The notes beneath the pieces are model-generated. The model was given only the letters and a program-made list of their open reading frames with translations. It did no database searches and was not told the DNA's origin. DNA of 64,000 bases. Origin: Macrostomum lignano (lineage: Eukaryota). Position numbers and translations under genes: made by a program. The stretch is from assembly GCA_002269645.1 (NCBI GenBank), contig NIVC01000042.1:186001-250000 (forward strand), given 5' to 3'. Shown in pieces: positions 11,460-25,250 of this stretch (position 1 is the first letter of the stretch; each line of letters opens with the position of its first letter).

Positions 11460-12140
11460 GGCTTTGGGCGCAAAACCATCCGTGCCGCCGACCAACTCCG
11501 GATCGCCGACGACAGTCAGCAGGCAGTTGACGAAACGCCGAATGAGCGCGGGTGCATACAGCGTCAGCAGTAGCACCTGTATCGGTTTTATGTTGTATGA
11601 CTCAGCAAGGATGACGACGTGGCTTGCCAGCTGTAGTCGCCAACGGCGTAACAGGTCGCATCAACCTTGCTGTTCGTGTGAGTCCGTCAATGTGCATGCC
11701 TCAGCGTTGTATTATAAATCAAGTTGGTCTCAATCACCGACTGCAACAACGCCGCCCTTTGGCGCTTGGGTAGGGCCTCTGACTGCAGGACTGCTCTCAC
11801 AGAACGATAGACAGTCCAAGCAAGCCTTCCAGATCTGTGTGACGCCACGAATCCTCGCTGACGTTGGAAACCAGACCGTCGAGGTGGACGAACTTCTGAC
11901 AACGTAGAAGTTCCGTCGCCTGTTCGTCAGCGCCTCGGAACAGAATGGCAGTTTTGATGTCTTCCGGCACACGCAGCACTACTGTCTTCGGGTTATTGAC
12001 CACCAGGGCGACACTGTCAAGCTGCACACTGAGCCGGCTGTCCAGTCGGTGTCGAGCCAATGGTCGCCGCAGCAGAAAGCTATCGTCATTGGTAAATAGA
12101 GCAGTCCGCAGCACCCATGCAGTCAAGCACCAGAACAAAA
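11460..12140 (-). mobile_element. RTE-like LINE fragment (RT C-terminal region)
   Basis: LVVNNPKT..QKFVHLDG..LAWTVYRSVRAVLQSEALPKRQRAALLQSVIETNLIYN, as in RTE-type RT thumb regions; frameshifted; similar to 13270-13680. Confidence 0.7.
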
Positions 12141-12439
12141 AGGGAACGGCGGTGCTAGAGTATCCCCCTGGAGCACCCCAGAGGTTTTTCTGAATAGAGT
12201 CCTATCGGCTTACGGTGTTGACACAGTTGTGCACACGGAGCAGGGAGTATAGTAATATCCTATGAACAGAGGAACAAGCCCTAAGGTGTTGCGTATGGTA
12301 ACTGATACTTAGCCTAACAGAACCGAATCCAATATTACTACAATATTCAGAATTTGAAAATCAATAAAGCCAAACTGGTTGCCATTCTTCAAGATCTAGT
12401 CTAGGCAATCTTTGTGGATTTTACCTAATTGTGACTTAT

Positions 12440-12720
12440 CTACTTAAGATCCCGGTCCCAACTTGCTTGGGAATTTGGAGCACGCACGTGCACATTAATA
12501 CGAGCTACGTACGCATACACACGCTCACACATGGTGTACAGCAGCCCTGACTTCCCGTCATCATCAGGCATACACCCACTCTGTGCCTGGGTGTAATGGT
12601 TGTAAATCGCACAACAAGCCCCAGGCTAATCAGCCCCAAACTGAATTGGCTTGCTTACGGAATCGAATCCGGGAACTTTTGCCACGAGGGTTGGATGCGT
12701 TGCAGCGGAGCTGCTGTGCG
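12440..12720 (-). mobile_element. Diverged tRNA-derived SINE related to 13960-14323
   Basis: Minus strand has B-box-like ggattcgattcc and shares the ggg.gctgtacac..gtgtgag.gtgtg..tgcgtacgta body. Confidence 0.55.
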
Positions 12721-13269
12721 CCTTCTGTACGTCTGTGACTATTTTAAAGTTAGTAAAGATGCTGTTTCAGAGGGTGTTTCAAGCGTTTAGCTGGAGGTGG
12801 CATAAGAGCGTAGACAATTCTCTTTTAAAGATGGGACATTGGCAATTGACAATATTTTAAACCTAATTAAGATCCAAGAGCAGCAGCAAGTGTAAGCAGC
12901 ATGTCGAATGCAAACAGAGTTGCAAGAAAATGGTAAAAAAGCTTTCGAGAAAGCCCAAATGAAAGGGCGACGTCACCGAGGCTAAAGCCCACCCCCACCA
13001 GGCCACACCCCACGCACGCAGAGCCAAGTAGGGTTAAAAACTGGTTAGTGAATAGACAGAACCAGTCACAAACCAACGCAACATCTCTATTGTTCATCCA
13101 TGCCAACAAATGACTTATTCTATTCTTAGATAACTTAGATAACTTAGATAACTGAAAGATAACTGAGTTAGATAACTTAGGCTTTCATGATTGCAGCCAT
13201 GGGCTCCCTGGGACTTCCAACAAAGTGGTGGTCCATCATGGGGAAGCATCAGTCTTACCAGCAATAGTA

Positions 13270-13790
13270 CCATGTAGATCAGCTCATGCTCGAGACCGTC
13301 CTTTTGTACAACGCCTAGACCTGGATCCTGAGAGACTAGCTCGAACAGCTGGTCGATGCGGCGCACGCTAGCCTGCTGCGCGCCACCTTCAAGATCGGCT
13401 ACGAGCATGTCACCAACGCGGCACTCTACTCGTATCGCCGCACCGGCCTGTCCCCTCACAGCGAACTGTTGCGCAGATGGTAGGCCGCATCATCCGTGCC
13501 GAGTCCTACTGCCCGCTGTCGGTGCAGAGGTGCTGCTGCTGACGCTTCAGGCACCCTACCGGCGAGGACAAGCGCGCACTCGGCGTCTCGTCGACTGCCT
13601 GTTGGCTGAAGCCGGCGCCTCGGACACTGCTGACGGTGCGGCCTACGTTCGCACCAAGGTCCTGAAACGCGCCCTGTGACGTTGTCTATGCCTCTCATGA
13701 CTCGCTTGACTGGCTGACAGTCTTGCTGTTGTTTTTGTTGTTGTTGTTGTTGCTGCTGCTTCTGTTGTTTTTGTTCTTGTAATGCTTAAC
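13270..13790 (+). mobile_element. RTE-like LINE 3' end with (GTT)n tail
   Basis: ETVLLYNA*TW..LEQLVDAAHASLLR..LLLTLQAPYRRGQARTRRLVDCL; microsatellite tail at about 13725-13780. Confidence 0.7.
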
Positions 13791-13959
13791 GACAGCTATT
13801 TGAGGGTCATCAAATTGGGAACATGAAGGGCTCGATGTGCTTTTCTCGGCAATTAAGACCAGAGCAACCTTTTTCTGAAAGATGGACCCAAGTAGTCCAT
13901 GGTAGTACTAGTTGAACCTTGCCCTGCAGCTTGCTTCACTCACACTCGTATAGAGCCTT

Positions 13960-14323
13960 GGGGGGGGGGCGTAGCCCAGTGGTCTAGTGCAGGCTCTGGT
14001 GTGCCAGCGACCCAGGCTCGATTCCAAGTGCAGTCACATTAATTTGGGGTTGAATTGGAATCTCGGCTTGGCTCTGCTCGTGCAATTAACGGCCTTGAGA
14101 GCCAACCCCCCAAGGCGCAGTGAAGTGTACATGCCTAACGATAAAATAAAGTTAGGGCCGCTGTACACTCCTGTGTGAGTGTGTGCCTGCGTACGTATCC
14201 GCGCGCTTGTATGCCTGCTCAGGGGAGTCGGCGGAATTGGCAGCAATGCCTCTCGCTGGTTGTGAGCCTATGTCGCTTAAAGTGCGCCAGGGTGCACACA
14301 GCCCCTGCCTCTAATAGAAAAAA
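13960..14323 (+). mobile_element. Full-length tRNA-derived SINE (family B) with 10-bp TSD
   Basis: A-box tagcccagtgg, B-box ggctcgattcc, A-rich tail; TSD atagagcctt at 13950-13959 and 14324-14333; second copy at 44089-44390. Confidence 0.85.
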
Positions 14324-14747
14324 ATAGAGCCTTTGCTGTGTTTGCGCTGCTCGATGGAGAGGAGCTTTAGGACTGAGTAACTGTACTACTCCGTTTTGAC
14401 TATCTTAGTCGAGTATGAGCACTTTGGCAAGAAAAAGAAGAAAAATAGATAGACATTGATTTACTGATTTAGATGACAATCCTTAGTTAGTGTGTTGTAC
14501 TGTTAACCCACACTTTGTCCAATTCTATTCGTATATTTTGCTAGAGGGTAGCAATGAATAATCAATAAAAAATGAATACAGGAAATATTAATTTGACGCT
14601 GTCAATTGTCAATTGAATTTCTAAAAATAATGCTGAACCAAATAGAATACGCCGAATACGCAATAGAAAGTATTAGCTGCAATACAATACAATCTAGATG
14701 TAGAGTTTCAATGGAGTCGCTTGGACGCTTCACGCAGAAACTAACGC

Positions 14748-15511
14748 CTAAGACATCGGTGTCTTGAAGATGACGAAGATGTACTTCTCGTAGCGGAACA
14801 CGAACGAGTAGCCGGGCTCGTGGCCGTAGTAGCACCAGAACTGGCCGTTTACAATCACAACGTGCCAAAGCTGGCCGTACAACTTGTCGGCCTGCGCCTT
14901 GATGTACTTGGGCACGTCCTGCGGATGGAATATCAGTCGATTTCCTTTGTCACCTACTCGTAGTTACATAATTATGATAGCTACTTGTCATTAACCTTGC
15001 TAAATACGCTCGTACCTTCAAGTTGGCGCTGGAGCGAAGTCCTTCCAGGCTGAGCTGAGCGAGCTTGATCTGCCAGGAGAGGTCCATGTCGCCGGAGATG
15101 TACACCACTCCGGCTGGAAGGCCGCCACCCGATACGCGCACGCGGACCTCGGACATGCTGCGAAGGTGTGAATGGTTTCAGAACTTATGTGATTAAAATA
15201 AGTAAGATGTTAAGAGTTCACAACCTACAGCTGTGCGTGGTTGAGTCCGAGCACATCGCAGTACTCTTCGATCTCAATGGTGCCAGACTTGTCTTTGTCG
15301 AACAGGTCCAGCCATTTCTGCGGGATGACAAGACGAAGTGCCAAGTAAGATTAGAATTCGAACTTATACTTTATGCGGTTATTCGTAAACTTACCTTGAC
15401 AAAGGTGTCGTCATAGTTTTGCCTCTTCATATAGGCTGTCAGCTCTTGAGCCGAGATCTGTCCCTTGGCCTGGGTGTCGATAGCAAGCCAGGCTTCCTTG
15501 AAGGCTTCCAT
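14748..15511 (-). CDS. TAL: Tegument-allergen-like protein 2 (2 EF-hands + dynein light chain domain), 172 aa; exons 15511-15395, 15317-15229, 15157-15016, 14918-14748
   Basis: Same exon structure and phases as TAL1; MEAFKEAWLAIDTQAKGQISAQEL..FDKDKSGTIEIEEYC..DVPKYIKAQADKLYGQLWHVVIVNGQFWCYYGHEPG..KTPMS*. Confidence 0.9.
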
Positions 15512-16244
15512 GTTGGCTGTGCTGGGTTCTCAGCTAAGAGTTGCTTTGCTCTGAGAGATGCGCGGTTCTGCCTGCTGGAGGGGGCGGCGCGGCACTCAAC
15601 TTGCTACTCTCCTATTTATTGGATTCTGGGGCTGACCCCAGGCTACTCCCGGCCACTCACTCCTGGGTGTCAACCCCACACTCTGCCGAGCTGGGCACGA
15701 TGGGTGTAAACCTGGGGGCGTGGGCTGCTGAACACTTGATAAATAATACTATAGTCGCTTCATTGTTCTCTTCAATAGGCAGTTTTGATAGCTAAATAGG
15801 TACAGAGTGGACCTTTGTGCCCCAATGTACAATAAAAATCTTTCTTCTTGCTTTTAGTAGCTATTTACTAATAGATTAGCATCGCATTCTGTGGCCAGTG
15901 CATCTTGTTAAGAAAGCTTTGCAGAGCCTTCTAATCACGCTATCAGAGGCTGAGATACGTAGCTGACGTTGCGACGGCGGTGAACGAGAAAGGCTCAGGG
16001 TTTCAATACGTTTATGCACCAATGAGATGCCGTTGAAGACTGTTTGATTCAGCGCGCATGACAGCACACAACATTATGTATTTTTGACAGTCATATGTAC
16101 GAGCGTGAATAAGCTGGCGTTTTAGCAGCAATTTTTTTAAACTAGAGTTGTGCTTAACCCACCGCTTAATAAGAAAATTCGAGATGCATGCGCACTCTCT
16201 GGTAGAGCACAATCAGAGCATTTAATTACCTCGTATGGAGCCTA

Positions 16245-17066
16245 CTAGCCTAGTAGGAGTTGTAGCCTAGTGGAGTTGTAGCCTAGTGGGGGTTGTAGCC
16301 TAGTGATGTTGTAGCCTAGTGGGGTTGTAGCCTAGTGGGGTTGTAGCCTAGTGGGGTTGTAGCCTAGTGAGGTTGTAGCCTAGTGGGGTTGTAGCCTAGT
16401 GGGGGTTGTAGCCTAGTGGGGTTGTAGCCTAGTGGGGTTGTAGCCTAGTGGGGTTGTAGCCTAGTGAGGTTGTAGCCTAGTGGGGTTGTAGCCTAGTGGG
16501 GGTTGTAGCCTAGTGGGGTTGTAGCCTAGTGGGGTTGTAGCCTAGTGGGGTTGTAGCCTAGTGCTATCAGGGGTTTTAGCCTAGTGGGTGTTTTATGTAG
16601 CCTAGTGGTGTTGTAGCCTAGTAGGAGTTGTAGCCTAGTGGAGTTGTAGCCTAGTGGGGGTTGTAGCCTAGTGATGTTGTAGCCTAGTGGGGTTGTAGCC
16701 TAGTGGGTGTTTTATGTAGCCTAGTGGTGTTGTAGCCTAGTAGGAGTTGTAGCCTAGTGGAGTTGTAGCCTAGTGGGGGTTGTAGCCTAGTGATGTTGTA
16801 GCCTAGTGGGGTTGTAGCCTAGTGGGGTTGTAGCCTAGTGGGGGTTGTAGCCTAGTGAGGTTGTAGCCTAGTGGGGTTGTAGCCTAGTGGGGTTGTAGCC
16901 TAGTGGGGTTGTAGCCTAGTGGGGGTTGTAGCCTAGTGGGGTTGTAGCCTAGTGGGGGTTGTAGCCTATTGGGGTTGTAGCCTAGTGGGGTTGTAACCTA
17001 GTGGGGTTGTAGCCTAGTGGGGTTGTAGCCTAGTGGGGATTGTAGCCTAGTGGGGGTTGTAGCCTG
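16245..17066 (+). repeat. 16-17-bp tandem array (ggggttgtagcctagt), about 50 units, with higher-order duplication
   Basis: Direct reading; a variant block of about 120 bp recurs at about 16585 and 16705; unit matches the 5' end of SINE family A. Confidence 0.95.
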
Positions 17067-17322
17067 GATGGTCGGGAGTTCGCTTCCCGATCCCACAGGA
17101 ACAATTTGTGTCCTTCATCAAGACACTTAACTCTGCATTGCTTCAGCTCACCCACTGTAAAATGGATGCCAGCATTAGCTGGGGTAATTGAAGGTGTGTG
17201 GCGACACCCCAGTCCTTGGACTGAACAGCCATGCGCAGCCTTCAGATGCGCCGCGCAATAGCTGCGGCTGAGCTGTCGGTTGTACAACTGGCCCGATTGG
17301 AGCAGGTGCAATCAATTATTAT
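17040..17322 (+). mobile_element. CORE-like tRNA SINE (family A), copy 1
   Basis: tgtgtccttcatcaagacacttaactctgcattgcttcagctcacccactgtaaaatgg resembles the MIR CORE domain; high similarity to 63518-63795 and 45203-45375. Confidence 0.8.
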
Positions 17323-17337
17323 TATACCATTATCATG

Positions 17338-19096
<1,759 letters not shown>

Positions 19097-19124
19097 TATA
19101 CCATTATCATGTAAAATGGGCCAG

Positions 19125-22100
19125 GGGGGTGTTTCTCGAAACTCACGTAAGTTCTATGGTAAGTTAGATCGTAAGAAAGAAATTTACGTGTAGCGTAAGT
19201 TTGCTCGTAAGACGCTTTCTCAAAACTCACTTAGACTTTGCGTGGCTTACGCTGTTCGTAAGTCGTATCTGAAACGAAAAGTTGCATGTTTATGGTCATA
19301 AATCTGCAAATATCTTTACTTAGTCTATCGTAAGTTGCTTCGAGTAAGACCCACCTTCGATAAAGTTTAACTTGACTTGGCTTGACTAAATCTTCACGTA
19401 CTATGTGATTAGTGCTTAAGTGCGTCTTACGACTGATACCGAGCGGGTCGTTCTCAAAGCTAGGTCACAACTTTTTGTTATTGCAAAAAAAGTTTATACA
19501 TCGACCAATAATCGTACAAAAAAATTCTTTTGACAATTTCTGTAAGAAGCTGCTACTAAAACCACAAGAAAACTTGAAATTGAGAAGAAATCAAGGCTAT
19601 TTGTTATTCTTTGTTGCGGAAAATAAACGACAAAAATATTAAAGAGAAAATAAAATTTTCTTCAATTTTTATTTTAAATATGCAGTTAAATTTCTTTTGC
19701 AAAAATAAAAGAACAAGAAATTGACAAAGGAAATGTTTTTGAGCACAGCATTTTGTTAATCTGCTCTAAATCCCAGACATTTAAAATTATCGTGTGCGAA
19801 AAAGTGCGAAATTATTATAGCATGCACTCGAAAGAACTTCGATCAGTTTAACTAATCACTGAATTGAGAAGTCTAAATAAGTCTTGAAAGGTTGAATTAA
19901 AAATCAAGTTTTCACTATGTTTCTTTTCAAAGGCAAGATGATTCGACAAATAAAGAATGTTCATTTTTACCTCGAATAGAATTGTTCATTTTTACATTAA
20001 ATATAATAAAATCTAACTAATAATAGAAAAAGTCAGGGAACTATCCTTGAACACCAAAAAGCACATTGTGGATTTAATATCGACTGCATGTTCCTTAATA
20101 AAGGAATTCGGATACTAGTATATATTTGATTATTTGTAGCATAATTTCTGAAAACTATAACTTGCTTGATTTTACTTTAAGTACTCATTACATTAATACT
20201 TATACCAAAGCTACATGTACTTAAAATAAAAAATTATAGTTACTTGTTAGACATTTTACTCCAATTAACTTAAAATAATTCAAATTTATTTTAATTAATT
20301 CATTTTTTGAAACTTTTTGGAAAATAGACAAAATTGAATTATTTAATTACCAAAAACCTACTAGCTTAACTAAAATAGCAATTAGTCTTTAAGAAAAGAT
20401 TTCACTTGTTAATTGAGAAAAATGAGGGTGTGCGAGGTGTAAAAATGCGAAAGAGCATGCAGGAAACAGAGACAAACAAAAATGTAGGTAAAAGACACTG
20501 CACATGCACATAATATGATAACCAGACATAATGCGCACACTGAAACACCAGTAGCAATGACGCCCAAGCTTTTGATGATCACAAGCGAAAAGGCAAAACC
20601 CAGCCATCAATCAAAGAAGTAGACTATAGCACGCATCTTGAGTGCATCACACATTTTTTGCAGAGAAGCTCGAAAATTAACATTGTATTCTGTGCACAAC
20701 CACCAACTGCGACAGGGTCTGCCGGGGGATTTGTGGGCACGCGGTCCCGGATACAAATCGGAGGAGTCGCTGACCATTCTGAAATTACAAGCTAGTACAT
20801 GTAATTTTGTGTATTAATATATTTAGCCCGCTTTATTTCTATGCTCTCGTCCGCCTCTCGTTAATGCATCCCCAGACTCATGCAATAATCAAACTTATGA
20901 TCGAACTATGCATGGCTTCCGTCCCTCGCTTTGAATCTCTCACCTCCCCATAGTTCCATCAACCTTACCGTAGTGGCTTCCTATGCAAAAATCATCCCTC
21001 CGCATCTTACACAGGCTACTTCAGGCTGTAGACTGTACTACACTATTAATTAGTTGCGCTAAGGAATCTACATGTATTTGCTCGCAGCGCAGCGCGCTGC
21101 TCAAAGAAGTTTAGATCTGTCTAGATATTCTAGTAATTTCAGGTTTGTCCATAGACTAGAGCTCATGAGATGAGAATTCCATTAACTAGTACGTTTAATG
21201 TGAATGAACTGCGTGTGTGTGTGCTGTGCATACATATGTATAATATACGAGTAGTTTATGGGCCAAATTATTGTGTGGCACAATTCTTGGCATCACTCAG
21301 CAGGCAGAAGATGCAGTTAAGCAGCGCACGAAAATTCTACAAAAGAAATTGAGCCTGGTTGAGGTGATGCGAGGAGGCAGATCCACACAATCTCAGTGAA
21401 TACACCAGACTGCACCAGATACGAGTCCAGTCGAATGTGCGCACTGGTCTAAGCAGCACACGCTTGTCCTCCTGACAATGACGGCACCTAGCTTCGTCCA
21501 AGCCTTTGTCAGCGTCACTGACAGCGTCAATACTACCATGCAGTGCCACCTGCAGCACCGACAACGGCAATTCCTCCAGTTAGCCCACAACAGTGGCTAA
21601 ACTGAGGGACAGGGAACCTACCCGCAGAAGACACACACATACACACACAGCACCGGCAGCAGCACTCTGACAGCATAACCTAAAGCTCCATGAGCTCAGT
21701 TTTCAAGCATTGAAGAAGCAGAAGCAGTCATCTTGAATCCAGGGATCAGGAAGAGTGTTGCATGTCCGACATGTGCTGTTTCCGTGGCAAAAGGTGATGG
21801 AGCAAATTAATCAACACTTTCTATCTAGCTCGTATTAAGACTAAAAAACTGAGGCAAGCTGGGATTAAACCAAAGAAAATTTTTTACTATACTTTTTTAC
21901 CATGTACTTTTACTATACTTCTATAGTATAGTAGAGGTACTCTATTTAAATGCAGTAAGAAGTGAAACAAATTTATATATTTAATTATTAAATTAAATTA
22001 ATTCAAGGTAAATAACTAATTTAACCAATTTATTAGGAGTATTTAATATTATAATAAATAGATTTTTATACCTTACACGAAATAAGCTCTACATTCATTT

Positions 22101-23447
22101 CTTAGCTTGGGGCCCATCTGTATAAGGTCAGTTTCTTCAAAATGCTGATTAATTAATTAAGGCCTGTTGTCTTTACTTAAATTTATAAGGGCATCTTAGA
22201 AGTTAAGATTACTATATAATACATGTATAATATTATTACTATATTATAATAATATAGTTGCAATTTTAATGACTATTGAATAAGTCTAAATGCTTCCCCT
22301 ATTGACTTTAAATATATGGTATCTTTCCCTTCAGAAAAAATTAGCATAGAATGACTTGATGAAAACAAAAAAAAATCATTTCGAGATACACATTTGCTGA
22401 TCATTCAGGTCAAATTTCAAGGTCCAGTTTTGCACATGTTTCTCTGTAGCTTGGTTACAAGGATTCTAATAAAAATATAATAAATATGTCCAATGAACTA
22501 ACTGATACATAGCCAAATTGAAGTATTTTCAAAAACAAAAAAAATCATTTGCTCAGTTTACTTTACTCGATATCTGTGTAAAATTTCAGCTCAAAAGGTG
22601 CTCCATGGAGAATGCTAGTGTGGTTACAGGATATTTATTTTGTGCTTCAAAGTAGGAGTTTATTGCAATGCATGGTTGCTTTTAATTATTTTTATCAACA
22701 ATAGTACTCTATTTCATAACAATTTTTACAAAATGATAATAAGACATGTTTTTCTAATTATCTGCATCAAAATGTATCATTTTAAGCGCACATTCTAGAC
22801 GTCAGCTGAAAAATACATTTTGTGAAATGAGAAGAGGCTATCCCACCGGAAATGCTAGGCGTACAGTTAAGCGTCTATAAAATCATTTATAGTGCAGTTT
22901 ATTAAGCTTTAAAAAAATCTTAAATTAAATTTATATAAGCTTTCATTTTAAATGTAATATAGCAAGTTTTCAACACAACAACAACTTTTTTTAGCTACAG
23001 ACATCATAGTGTCAAAAATTAGGACATCGGTGAAGTGATTGAATTTGAATTTTTTCATCACCTAATATCGCCTAATACCGCAAGACAACTTAAAACACTT
23101 TTGCAACATAATTTCAACCTAAAAATTATCTTTATTCACAGATGAAAGTGTCCTATTATTTTCAATACGGCAGTAACAATAGTAAATGTTCCGAAAATTG
23201 TTAAAATTTTTGCTCCTCCCAGAATTTGAGAACGACCCGAGCAGTCGTAGGGTTAAGATCAACCTTACGAAAGACCATAGACATACGAACGTTTCGAGAA
23301 ACAGTCTTTTGCGCAAAGTTACGAACTCATAAAGTTGCGATCAATCTTACGCATAGCTAACTTGCGAGCCCTTCGAGCAACCCGTAAGTGTAGCTTACCC
23401 AACTTACGTCTATGTTCGATCGTAAGTTGCTTTCGAGAAAGACCCCC
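19125..23447. mobile_element. Candidate non-autonomous PIF/Harbinger-like element
   Basis: Ends gggggtgtttctcgaaa / tttcgagaaagaccccc, flanked by CAG (19122-19124, 23448-23450); inner pair gggtcgttctcaaa (about 19446) / tttgagaacgaccc (about 23226); CGTAAG-rich subterminal arms; no transposase seen. Confidence 0.55.
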
Positions 23448-23960
23448 CAGAATCTCGGATTGGCTTTTTGACTTTAACCTGAAATTCTTTCGCATTCAGT
23501 CGTTGCGAAATATATCCAGCTAAATATCCCGAACCGTTACGACAGTTTTCAGATCCAGGTCACCCAACCGGATCGCATGGAACCTGGGGTGTTCGGGATG
23601 GCCATTTTTTGTTGTTCGGTTTTAACCCCAATCTTTGAACATCTTAGGGAACCCAGAACTAAACCCTACATATACAAACTTACCCAACAATGTCAGGGGA
23701 TCAAGGCAACAAGTGTAATAAACATCTTTGTGTGCACATTTGTTATGTTGTGGAGTGACGCACGACATAATAAATTTACTTTCTGGTTTAGCTTAGTGAC
23801 CTGGTGGCTTGTATATAGAGGACACATGAATATGAGACTCCTTAAGTAACGTTCCTCTATTCAATCTGATTCCCTGAAGGATCAGTTTCTAAATGTCAAC
23901 TTTCTTTTAATTCCTTTAAATGGAAAAAATCGACATTGCAGTGTGCTGGCCTACAATAGC

Positions 23961-24242
23961 CATGCCCAGTGGAGCATGCACCAGCATTAGCCCATGTGGG
24001 GATAGTCACAGTTATGCATAAAGGTCCGAAAAGAGGTCCAACAAAGGTCCGAACGAGGAGGTCCGCACCGTACATATATACATCTTAGGGTCCGATTGCA
24101 CGTGAGGTCCAACCCTATAAAGGTTTGAATAAGGTAAGTCCGTGCGTACTTATTAGGGACCTTGAAGATCCAAAGAAGGTACAAAAGTAGGTCCATGCGT
24201 AATAGGTACGGATCGATGTTGCATTTTTTCTGCCTGGGCATG
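23961..24242. mobile_element. Possible CACTA/EnSpm-like MITE remnant
   Basis: catgcccag / ctgggcatg inverted ends and many AGGTCC subterminal motifs. Confidence 0.3.
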
Positions 24243-24977
24243 CCCTAGCTGACATTGTAATGTTATTTTTTTAAAAATCATGCAAGATCTCGTGAAGTTA
24301 ATATTTTCATATTCGACTGAAGGCGCATTGTAGAATACGTAAGTTTTCCTTAAGATCGATTAATTAGTAATAGGAAAACTGGCCCAGCCTCAGTCTGACG
24401 CCCTAATCTGCCAGACGCAATTTAGTAAGCCACGCATTGCATAGATAATAGCGCAAATCAACCCAAAAGCCACCAATGGTAAAAGTGGTGACTCGAATTC
24501 AAAAGTTTCCCACACAAGCCGAGATGGCTACTCTACAATCAGAATAACATATGACACATAAGACAATCCAACTAGCAATCTACGCCCCCCGTTGGGGAGC
24601 AGTTTTAAGGGGCTACACGTGCCAATGGGAGTCGAACCTCTCGTACACAAATAGTGCGCAACAATTTTTCCAGTACATTTTATAGTAATAGAAAATACAA
24701 ATATTCCCTAAACGCCACGCCGCAAGAAGGGCCACAAAAGTACACTTATACGAGCGTAGGACTGTTAATAATTGGTTCAATAATAATGCTTGAAAACTTA
24801 AATTGACACCTTAGCACACTTGAAGCACCTAATAGTAGAACTGAAACTATTTCGAGTGCCGCGGACTTCCATCTTTGTGGCAAACTTTTGTCAGAAGCTT
24901 TCTTAACTGTTGTCTAATATCTGTCACTTGTTAGCAGAAACAATTAAACTTAATAAAACTGGATTTTACTAGTACCC

Positions 24978-25250
24978 GGATCACTTCCCCTGCATCAAGA
25001 GTGTGTTCCGGGTCAATTGACCGGATTTACCTGGATCACTTCCCCTGCATCAAGAGTGTGTTCCGGGTCAATTGACCGGATTTACCTGGATCACTTCCCC
25101 TGCATCAAGAGTGTGTTCCGGGTCAATTGATCGGATTTACCTGGATCACTTCCCCTGCATCAAGAGTGTGTTCCGCGTCAATTGACCGGATTTACCTGGA
25201 TCACTTCCCCTGCACCAAGAGTGTGTTCCGGGTCAATCTTACCTGGATTT
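24978..25250 (+). repeat. 55-bp minisatellite, about 5 units, containing palindrome ggtcaattgacc
   Basis: Units start at 24978, 25033, 25088 and onward; no unique spacers. Confidence 0.92.

Noticed and set aside
24978-25250. CRISPR-like array (also 47250-47690)
   Set aside because: Units repeat in full with no unique spacers; no cas genes; eukaryotic context.
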